From Spirochaetia bacterium (lineage in GTDB: Bacteria; Spirochaetota; Spirochaetia; SP-2023): a stretch of DNA of 64,000 nucleotides. The DNA is taken from assembly GCA_965225855.1 (NCBI GenBank), contig CBDDCK010000004.1, forward strand, positions 224,001 to 288,000. The letters run 5' to 3'. Below are positions 1-7,629 of the stretch, piece after piece. Every line of letters begins with the position of its first letter. Position 1 is the first letter of the stretch. The notes beneath the pieces were generated by a model that was not told the DNA's origin, made no database searches, and saw nothing but the letters and a program-made list of their open reading frames with translations. Made by a program: the position numbers and the translations under genes.

Positions 1-46
1 TTTTCACACAGCTTAAATGCCATTAATTTTTTAAAGAGATACCACG

Positions 47-581
47 ATGCAAAGCTATATATACCGCAGCATAGCGGGGCTTATTTTTTGTTGGTCTTTG
101 ATAGCCCTTGTGCTAACAGCCTGTGGTCCTGTTGAAAATATATAGGATCGATTCTAAAGAAACGCCTAAGACACCCGAAACACCATAAAACGCCTAAAGA
201 AATTGTTTGCAAGGGCATTCGTATAACTATTACCGCAAAGCCCCAAAGTAAGGGCGAGCTGAAACTGTTAATAAAAGCAGCCATTGATAAAGACGGGCCT
301 ACCGCCAACCTCAACTATATAGACACCTCTGCCATTACCGATATGTCCGAGCTATTCAAAGACAACATCAGATTCAATGGCGATATTTCCTGCTGGAATA
401 CCTCCCGCGTTACCGATATGTCTTAATGTCTTACATGTTTAGTGCTGCCCATGCGTTTAACCAAGACCTAAGCCGTTGGGAGACCCGTTTAGTTACTTCA
501 TGTTCTGGTATTTTCAGGCATGCTAAGCAGCCATCATTGAGTAGGGCAAAGCAGCCTAGCTTTAGTAAGTGTAGCCCCTAG
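47..581 (+). pseudogene. BspA/DUF285-type surface lipoprotein, disrupted
   Basis: ATG at 47 gives a lipoprotein signal peptide (…LIALVLTA-C) followed by early stops. Later frames encode DUF285 repeats (LNYIDTSAITDMSELF..FNGDISCWNTSRVTDMS and MSYMF..AFNQDLSRWET). An 8-bp tandem duplication at 418-433 breaks the frame. Confidence 0.8.
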
Positions 582-624
582 GTTAAGTTATAGCTTTAGG
601 GAATAGATTGTAAAGGGGTCTATT

Positions 625-834
625 ATGAACTTTTATATCACTGTTGAGAAAGATGGCGATGGTTATTTGGCAAAGGTAGAACAGCAGCAGCACTTGTTTG
701 CCTTTGCCTATTCTGAAAGAGAAGCCGTATTAGAGTTAAAAAATGTGGTTGAAATGCTATTGGATTATCATCTTGAGCAAATAAATAATGAAAGAATCAT
801 AAGAAATCAGCTTGTTTCTGCTGTAACAAAATAA
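625..834 (+). CDS. HicB-like antitoxin (N-terminal domain only)
   Basis: Pattern 'ITVEKDGDGYLAKV…FAFAYSEREAVLELKNVVEMLLD' matches the HicB partial RNase H fold; RBS-like AAGGGG upstream. Confidence 0.65.
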   Translation: MNFYITVEKDGDGYLAKVEQQQHLFAFAYSEREAVLELKNVVEMLLDYHLEQINNERIIRNQLVSAVTK

Positions 835-846
835 AGCCCAATCCCA

Positions 847-978
847 TATAGCTTTAGCAACACACGCAAAGAGCTTGAGGAAAATACGGGAAGAGCTCGC
901 TCTAAATACGGGAAGAGCTTGAGGAAAATACGGGAAGAGCTCGCCCTAAATACGGGAATAACTTGGGCGATATACGCA
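847..978 (+). repeat. Tandem array of six 22-bp units (C-A-B-A-B'-C')
   Basis: A = aagagcttgaggaaaatacggg (869-890, 913-934); B = aagagctcgc(t/c)ctaaatacggg (891-912, 935-956). The degenerate flanking units 847-868 and 957-978 share 15/22 nt with each other. Confidence 0.9.
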
Positions 979-1078
979 GATAGGTTTAAGCTAAAAGTAA
1001 AGACCTATAAACCGCCTTGCTTTCACAAGTTGGCAATAAATATTACAATTAGGGCACTCCAAATAAAAGAAGGCCAAC

Positions 1079-2266
1079 ATGAATAACGATCCAGAAACTT
1101 TCAAACGCAAGGCCTTAGAGCTGCATGAACGCTGTGGCGGCAAAATTGCCACGGCTATTAAAGTCCCCGTTCGCAATTTAGATGATTTAGCCTTGGCTTA
1201 TTCGCCCGGCGTGGCCGAGCCTTGCCGTAAAATTTCCCACAATCTGGCTGATGTTTTCCGCTACACCAACAAAGCCAATACGGTGGCTGTTGTATCGGAC
1301 GGCAGTGCTGTGCTGGGGCTGGGCCGTATTGGAGCGCATGCTGGGCTGCCCGTAATGGAAGGCAAAGCATTACTTTTTAAACATTTTGCCGGCATAGATG
1401 CCGTGCCTATCTGCCTGAATGTTGATTCTCCCCAGCAATTGGTGGATATTTGTTGCGCACTAGAGCCCAACTTTGGCGGCATCAATTTAGAAGATATTGC
1501 TTCACCTGCTTGCGTTATGGTCGAGCGGGCTTTGCAACAACGGCTTTCGATACCCGTTTTTCACGATGACCAGCACGGCACGGCTATTGTTTGTGCTGCC
1601 GCACTGACCAATGCGGCCAAACTTACGGGCCGAAAGCTCAGCGATATGCAATTAGTTATTTGTGGTATGGGTGCTGCGGGCACGGCTATTGCAAGGCTAT
1701 TAAAAACCATGGGCGTTGCCTGTATTTACGGCTATGATGCCCAAGGGGCTGTATCTAGTGCACGCAACTTTATAATAGAGGAACTACTGCTTGAGGGGGT
1801 TTTGGACGTTTCCAAACAGCGATCGGGGCTAGCTGATTTGCTCAAAGGTGCTGACGCTTTTATTGGCGTTTCGGTCGGTGGTGTGCTCAAGAAAGAAATG
1901 CTAGGCTACATGGCTAAAAAGCCAATTATTATGGCGATGGCCAATCCAGAGCCAGAGATCACCCCCGAGGAAGCCTTAGCGGCTGGCTGCGCCATCGTTG
2001 GTACCGGGCGAATGGACTACCCCAACCAAATAAATAATGTGTTGGCGTTTCCCGGCATTTTCTGTGGTGCACTCGAAGCTCAAAGAGAGCGCATTGCCCA
2101 AGGCTTGGCGACTCAAATTACTGATGCCATGAAACTAGCTGCGGTCAAGGCCTTGGCCAATATTTTAGGCGAACATGAACTACATGCCAAGCAGATACTG
2201 CCTGCTCCCACAGACCCGCGCGTGGTAGTGCAAATTTGCGATGCGGTGCGCCAAGCCTGCGTTTAG
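1079..2266 (+). CDS. NAD(P)-dependent malic enzyme (short form)
   Basis: Motifs YSPGVAEPC, GLPVMEGKALLFK, GGINLEDI, FHDDQHGTAIV, MANPEPEI, PNQINNVLAFPGIF. Confidence 0.95.
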   Translation: MNNDPETFKRKALELHERCGGKIATAIKVPVRNLDDLALAYSPGVAEPCRKISHNLADVFRYTNKANTVAVVSDGSAVLGLGRIGAHAGLPVMEGKALLFKHFAGIDAVPICLNVDSPQQLVDICCALEPNFGGINLEDIASPACVMVERALQQRLSIPVFHDDQHGTAIVCAAALTNAAKLTGRKLSDMQLVICGMGAAGTAIARLLKTMGVACIYGYDAQGAVSSARNFIIEELLLEGVLDVSKQRSGLADLLKGADAFIGVSVGGVLKKEMLGYMAKKPIIMAMANPEPEITPEEALAAGCAIVGTGRMDYPNQINNVLAFPGIFCGALEAQRERIAQGLATQITDAMKLAAVKALANILGEHELHAKQILPAPTDPRVVVQICDAVRQACV

Positions 2267-2290
2267 AAAATTGAGCTTTTGATGAATTTA

Positions 2291-3541
2291 CTATTTGGAT
2301 TTTTGCATGATAACAATATATTCATGGTTCATTGTGGTTGCTTTCTTTCCCGTTTGATTTGTAGGGCTATTTTTGCTTGGCATTCTTTTATTGGGTATAT
2401 TTCTAATAAAAATATTTTTATATTCAAAGCCATGTTCTTGAAATAAACATTTGGTTATTTCGTCTGTTGGCAATACCGTATCCTTTACTTTTCTATTGCC
2501 AACCACATAGCAAGCATATCCGCCTGGCTTAATTACATTGGCAACATTGGCAATAGATTTGCTATAATCTGCATAAAAACTATAAATTTCTTTGGCCCTT
2601 TTTTCGTCTTTGTGAGCAATCTCTTGGATAGTAGTATCTATAATATCAAGTCTTGTTGCTTGAATATTTTTCTTTTTGCCACCCAATAATTGGTTATCTA
2701 TTTGGTTGGCACGTTCCATGCCAAGCCACTGGTTGGACAAACGAGAGAATTGACCATAGGCAACTGTGGTCCTGCTATCCCCATAAGGTGGGGAGGTTAC
2801 CACTAAATCAATAGAGTTTTTATCTATTTCTTTGATATTTTCTGCGGAATTAAAATTATAAATATTTGCTGTAATGCCTTCTTTTGCCTTTTGATTATAG
2901 CTCTTTAGCCCGATTCGATTCCTAGCCAGTTTACTATTGATCATACCAAATACATCGGGACGAAATTTTTCCCTTTGTTGTTCTGGCATTCTATACAATT
3001 TAAATTCACTATTTCTGGTAAAAGAACTTTCTCTAATTGTTTCACTAAATGCTACCCAAAAAAATTTTTTAATTGGTTCATTTTGAATATTGTCTATAAA
3101 ATGTTTGATATTTGTCAGCTTATCTTTTATATCTTTGCGAAACCAAAAATCAATATTGTTGAAATGAACGGCAACGATATTCGGTTCTTTGGGAATGCCA
3201 TAGCTCAATGAAAATAAAAAATCGTTAAATTCTTTTAGGTACAAGTCCAGTATTTGTAGTTCTATTTTGGTTGTTTTTGCTTGCGCTATCAGTCTAGCCA
3301 TTGGGTTTAAGTCGGTTCCTATGGAATTAATACCCATTAAGCTTGCTTCCACAAGCGATGTTCCTGTGCCACAATATGGGTCAAAAAGTGTATTGGCTGC
3401 TTTACCGTATAAATCAATAAGCCTATGAGCTATTTGAGGTATCATCATTGCCGGATAATTGTGATAGCAATGGGTATATTGTTTGGTATCGGCGGTTTTA
3501 AAATCCCAAGTATTATCTACATATTTTTTACAGCTATTCAT
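2291..3541 (-). CDS. Site-specific DNA methyltransferase, N4-cytosine type (M.MvaI-like)
   Basis: SAM-binding motif DPYCGTGT and catalytic TSPPY; the start overlaps the stop of the adjacent endonuclease (3538-3541). Confidence 0.88.
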   Translation of the reverse strand: MNSCKKYVDNTWDFKTADTKQYTHCYHNYPAMMIPQIAHRLIDLYGKAANTLFDPYCGTGTSLVEASLMGINSIGTDLNPMARLIAQAKTTKIELQILDLYLKEFNDFLFSLSYGIPKEPNIVAVHFNNIDFWFRKDIKDKLTNIKHFIDNIQNEPIKKFFWVAFSETIRESSFTRNSEFKLYRMPEQQREKFRPDVFGMINSKLARNRIGLKSYNQKAKEGITANIYNFNSAENIKEIDKNSIDLVVTSPPYGDSRTTVAYGQFSRLSNQWLGMERANQIDNQLLGGKKKNIQATRLDIIDTTIQEIAHKDEKRAKEIYSFYADYSKSIANVANVIKPGGYACYVVGNRKVKDTVLPTDEITKCLFQEHGFEYKNIFIRNIPNKRMPSKNSPTNQTGKKATTMNHEYIVIMQKSK

Positions 3542-4223
3542 ACGGCAATATCTTCTATCTTGTGGAATAATAAAGGTAGTTTATCCTCGAATATTCTAAA
3601 GCCTGTTCCATGGTTTCTTGCCCTTGTTTCTTTGTCATGTAAGCGAAGATCAACCAATAAATTGCCAGTTTTAAATAGCTCAGCTAGTAAATCTTGATTT
3701 GTTTGCCTCATTAATTGAGCTCTATAAAAATGAAAATATTCTATACCAGCCCTTTCTTCTGTATGTACCGATACAAGTAGTAATGCCGGATTTTCTGTGC
3801 AAACCTTTGTGCAAGAACAGATAATGACCATATTGCTATAACTTGACCAGATATATGCTGAACAGATATTTGTGTTTTATCTACTTTTAAAAATAGACCT
3901 GCACTATTTGGTGTTAAAGACATCGTGTAATACATTCCAAGCCTTCCATTACTATCATTGCTACCATATCGCTTGATCGCTTCCAAAGGATTCATTTGCC
4001 ATGCTTTATTATTGAAAGTAAAAAGCGTAATCATACTATTAGAATTGTCTCTATGAGCTTTAATTTCAATATTATCAATATCAGGTAATGCTAGATTATT
4101 CTCGTCTATACCCATTAAAGTTTCTAATGTAAGTCCGATTCCCGTTGGACCTTTTCTAAGCGATCTTACAAAACCTTTGTTTTTTAATTCTCGAAATCTT
4201 TGGCTAAATTCTTGTAAATCCAT
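3538..4223 (-). pseudogene. MvaI/BcnI-family type II restriction endonuclease, split by one frameshift near 3786-3791
   Basis: ORF 3741-4223 has GPTGIGLTLE…ENN..PD…EIK; ORF 3538-3831 has the family C-terminal NHGTGFRI. One added base joins …AQKI to PALLLV…. Confidence 0.85.
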
Positions 4224-4328
4224 TTATTTCCTCATTATGTAATTAAGTTTAGAGTCAAGTTTACTTTTGTAATAGAATGTTTTTTATAAAGCAATCTTTA
4301 ACAATGTCTATCTTTTAGTGAGGCTAGT

Positions 4329-5150
4329 CTATTCAACTCCAAGTAGCGTTAGGAATTCTTCCGTAGATGAGGTATTGGTGATTTGGTATTTTTGCATTTC
4401 TTCTGTACTTAGAAAATGCATACTATTGGAGGGAACTGAACGCATGAAATCAAAAAATTTAGGGCTAATTCCCATTTTTTGGTAGGTATCTTTCATCAAA
4501 GCAATAGCGGGATTATTGTTGTTATAGTCGTTGTTATCTAAATGGGTAAAGTCGTGTATGCCCATTCGGGCACCAACTTCGGCATAGCGGAATTTACCCG
4601 CCATAAATATGTCTACTCCTGCCGACAATATTTCTGATTCTTTAGATGCCCAAGTACCGTAACCATACTCTCGTATCTGCTCCATGGCCTCTGCCATACT
4701 GTACATATCCACACCGCCTGTTATATTTAAAAGTCCAAGAACACGTACATCGGGAAAATTCTGCTGCAGCAATTGAATGGCAGTAGGAAGGGTAGAACCA
4801 AGATTGCCGACTAACACCGCTAATGTACTATCTCCTTCCATCGATAAATAAGAAATATTGATATCCGCAGTATCGGAATTTTCCACTTCATACATATCTA
4901 CCATAAACAGACCATCTTTAAATTGCATAATAAAATGGGGCGTTGATTCGTGTATATCATCTTGCTCTGGGATATTGATAACAACATAATTCTCTTTGGA
5001 AGTAACACTGACTTGTCCAATAGATAATTCCCTAGATAATTCCCTCATATCAAAGATAGCTACGATTTGCTCTGCGTTGTTTAGAGTAGAACAACTATGG
5101 AATATGGCTACCCATATAATAAAAAGTATGATGAGAAGATTTTTCTGCAT
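4329..5150 (-). CDS. Putative lipoprotein with ClpP/crotonase-like (COG3904-like) domain
   Basis: Hydrophobic N-terminus ending in FHS-C; C-terminal 'SAGVDIFMAGKFRYAEVGARMGIH' and 'MHFLSTEEM' patterns. ATG at 5150 is preferred over GTG at 5183. Confidence 0.55.
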   Translation of the reverse strand: MQKNLLIILFIIWVAIFHSCSTLNNAEQIVAIFDMRELSRELSIGQVSVTSKENYVVINIPEQDDIHESTPHFIMQFKDGLFMVDMYEVENSDTADINISYLSMEGDSTLAVLVGNLGSTLPTAIQLLQQNFPDVRVLGLLNITGGVDMYSMAEAMEQIREYGYGTWASKESEILSAGVDIFMAGKFRYAEVGARMGIHDFTHLDNNDYNNNNPAIALMKDTYQKMGISPKFFDFMRSVPSNSMHFLSTEEMQKYQITNTSSTEEFLTLLGVE

Positions 5151-5272
5151 ACAGAGTCTCCTAAGCTTGTTGAAGTATGCCACTCACAATAAAGTGACAG
5201 CTTTTTATTTTTTCTTCATTGGGGCCGTATTCTAAGTAAAAAATGATCAAGAAACAATCCTAAGCTAGCATT

Positions 5273-6112
5273 ATGAATTCTATTTCCCTAAAGTATCTCT
5301 TACTTAGATTTAAATGGCGTATTTCGTTTACATCTTTATTAGTAATTTTAGAATCCGTTTTAGATATAATGTTCCCATTATTCATAGGTTATGCAATCAA
5401 TGATCTTTTGGCAGGCAAATATACTGGTATAATAAGAATTTTCCTATTGGGCATACTATTGTTAATCATTGGTACGGCCCGAAGGTTTTACGACACGAGA
5501 ATATATGCTGGAATTTACAGCCAAATTACTCCTGAAATAGTTGCATCTGAATATAGCAAAAATAGCTCAGTTTCCAAAATCACCGCCCGGTCATCTTTGT
5601 TGACCGAATTTGTAGAGTTTTTAGAAAACTCAATGCCAGAAGTCATAGGAGCTATTTTTTCTTTAATTGGAATTATTTCGATTATAGCAACACTCAATAT
5701 CCAGGTATTCTATGCCTGTATCGCTCTGTTATTTCTGATTTTTATAATTTATCTGGTAACAGGGAAATTTAATTTTCGTTTAAATGCTCAATACAATGAA
5801 CAATTAGAAAAACAAGTAGAAATATTGGAAAGCCGAAATAATATATTCATCAAAAATTACTTTAAAGACTTGATGAAATGGAATATAAAACTCTCTGATC
5901 TAGAAACTATCAATTACTTTATCATATGGATAGGTATCATTGCCTTAGTTGTATTCACCCCTATAACTGTTATTGAAAGTGGAATATTAGAATATGGTTT
6001 AGTATTTTCTACATTAATGTATGTGTTTGAATATATTAATAAAATATTAGCATTTCCATTCTACATTCAGCAATTGATTCGACTTAAAGAAATTTCTAAT
6101 AGACTAAAATAA
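5273..6112 (+). CDS. ABC transporter six-TM membrane-domain protein (no ATPase domain)
   Basis: 'FPLFIGYAINDLL' and 'RRFYDTRIY' motifs of the ABC_membrane_3-like family; about 6 hydrophobic helices. Confidence 0.75.
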   Translation: MNSISLKYLLLRFKWRISFTSLLVILESVLDIMFPLFIGYAINDLLAGKYTGIIRIFLLGILLLIIGTARRFYDTRIYAGIYSQITPEIVASEYSKNSSVSKITARSSLLTEFVEFLENSMPEVIGAIFSLIGIISIIATLNIQVFYACIALLFLIFIIYLVTGKFNFRLNAQYNEQLEKQVEILESRNNIFIKNYFKDLMKWNIKLSDLETINYFIIWIGIIALVVFTPITVIESGILEYGLVFSTLMYVFEYINKILAFPFYIQQLIRLKEISNRLK

Positions 6113-6187
6113 GAATATTATTTGCATATTTAGATAATAGCTTTCTGTCTAAAAAGATGTAAATATCATATACCATAGGAGTATCGT

Positions 6188-7360
6188 ATGACAATTTATT
6201 TATCTATAGGAATGATTTTTACCATATTATTAGTTACTTATATTCTTATACGATGGGGCAATTTGCGCTTAGAAGGCTCCAAACCATTGGGCTTGTTTAC
6301 ATTTACTGCTGTTTTATTTACATCTGGTTTAGATGTAGGTTTAATTATGTTTCCTCTAACTGAATTTCCTGTATATGCAGACCTTGCCAATGCCGTAGAT
6401 TATGGTTTTACCAATCCTTTAGCTATAGAGTTTGGCTTTTGGGGGTTTCTAATTTGGGCTCTGTACTTTTTGACTACATTTTATTTTTGTGCAATTGAAC
6501 CCAAAGTATTATTTTTTGAGATTCCGCTTATTAAGTGGATTAACAATTTTGTGATTATCACAACTTGCGCTTTAACTGGTCATTTATTTTTAATCAATTT
6601 GCCTTGGTATTTGCCAATGGTGGGAGATGGAGAAACCATTGGGCCAGTATTCTACGCCATTGTATTTGGTACAATCGTATTGGCAACTTTATCTTCAACG
6701 CGTATGCGCTATGTGCGGATTTTATCGGTAGCTTCTGTTGCCCTATTTACTATACTAACGCTTGTTATGTGGTTTAGTTCTGGTATGGGCTTTGGCGGTA
6801 TGGTAGAAAATTTGGCCTTACTGGGAGACTACTTTGCCAAGTTAAATAAATTTATTTTGCCGTTTAATGACTATCATCAATTTTATTTATTTTGGTGGTT
6901 TTCTTGGTCTATCATGATAGGCCAATTTGTATCGCGTTTTTTAGGTGGGCTTTATACTTATCAGTTATTGCTGGCAATGTTGGTTATTCCATCTATTTCA
7001 TTGGCCATTTGGTTTTCTGTCCTGTACTACTACCATGTTCAAGAAATTAGTATTGTGCAGTTTAATATTGTGATGGCATTTGTAGGCACTTTATTTGTAA
7101 TCAATTCGCTAGATTCTTTGATCCGTTTATATACCGATAATATGAATTTTACTTTTAAACGCATAAGTAAAACAAAATATGGTGCTGTAAAATATATTGT
7201 AGGGAATGTTGCAGCATTGTGCACTTTAGGTTTATTATTTCATTACGGCTACTTAAGTGCTGAAATTGTAGGATCGATTGTCATAGCTATTTTCTTTATT
7301 TGCACTGTTTATATTTTAAAAAGCAAACGCAGAGAAATTCAAGATATTGGCACGAGATAG
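6188..7360 (+). CDS. BCCT-family (betaine/carnitine/choline) transporter, short form
   Basis: 'LFTSGLDVGLIMFPL' and 'FYLFWWFSWSIMIGQFVSRF' correspond to BCCT signature segments. Confidence 0.8.
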   Translation: MTIYLSIGMIFTILLVTYILIRWGNLRLEGSKPLGLFTFTAVLFTSGLDVGLIMFPLTEFPVYADLANAVDYGFTNPLAIEFGFWGFLIWALYFLTTFYFCAIEPKVLFFEIPLIKWINNFVIITTCALTGHLFLINLPWYLPMVGDGETIGPVFYAIVFGTIVLATLSSTRMRYVRILSVASVALFTILTLVMWFSSGMGFGGMVENLALLGDYFAKLNKFILPFNDYHQFYLFWWFSWSIMIGQFVSRFLGGLYTYQLLLAMLVIPSISLAIWFSVLYYYHVQEISIVQFNIVMAFVGTLFVINSLDSLIRLYTDNMNFTFKRISKTKYGAVKYIVGNVAALCTLGLLFHYGYLSAEIVGSIVIAIFFICTVYILKSKRREIQDIGTR

Positions 7361-7428
7361 CCTTAAAGCATAAATTAAAGAGATTCACAAATTCTCACAA
7401 AAAATTATTCATTTTCTTGTTTAGTCGC

Positions 7429-7456
7429 TTGACAAAGTTTTGTTGATTCAAATAAT
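7429..7456 (+). promoter_or_regulatory. Sigma-70-type promoter for the leader/cystine transporter transcript
   Basis: TTGACA (7429-7434), 16 nt spacer, AATAAT (7451-7456). The predicted +1 falls at or just before the leader ATG (7465). Confidence 0.55.
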
Positions 7457-7464
7457 GTTAGAAT

Positions 7465-7521
7465 ATGATTACTTTACACCTTGCAAATTGTTGTTGCCAC
7501 TGTCTATCGATCAGGAGGTAG
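7465..7521 (+). CDS. Cys-rich leader peptide MITLHLANCCCHCLSIRR (18 aa)
   Basis: ATG at 7465 to TAG at 7519-7521, with TGT TGT TGC CAC TGT at 7489-7503. Lies between a promoter and a terminator upstream of a cystine transporter. Confidence 0.85.
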   Translation: MITLHLANCCCHCLSIRR

Positions 7522-7566
7522 TTGCGTCTATGTGTATATAATGGCTGTATTTTCGTATTAACCAAT

Positions 7567-7603
7567 AAGGCTACCTTTATCAAGGTAGCCTTTTTTATTT
7601 TTT
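7567..7603 (+). terminator. Attenuator terminator in the 5' leader of tcyP
   Basis: Perfect inverted repeat aaggctacctt-tatc-aaggtagcctt (7567-7592) followed by a T-rich tract; upstream of the RBS (AGGAGA, 7620-7625). Confidence 0.9.
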
Positions 7604-7629
7604 ATTCACTACAATTTTTAGGAGATATT

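Noticed and set aside
847..978. CRISPR array
   Set aside because: Variable parts are only 6-7 nt and themselves repeat; no cas genes in the window.
7440..7600. T-box or SAM riboswitch upstream of tcyP
   Set aside because: No T-box (GGTGGNACC) or SAM-I core motifs seen, and the leader is short; the Cys ORF explains the structure better.
7522..7629. 36-aa N-terminal extension of the transporter (TTG 7522), in frame with the leader ORF
   Set aside because: It runs through the terminator and AGGAGG is only 3 nt from the TTG; ATG 7630 has a properly spaced RBS. Stop-codon readthrough fusion has no support.
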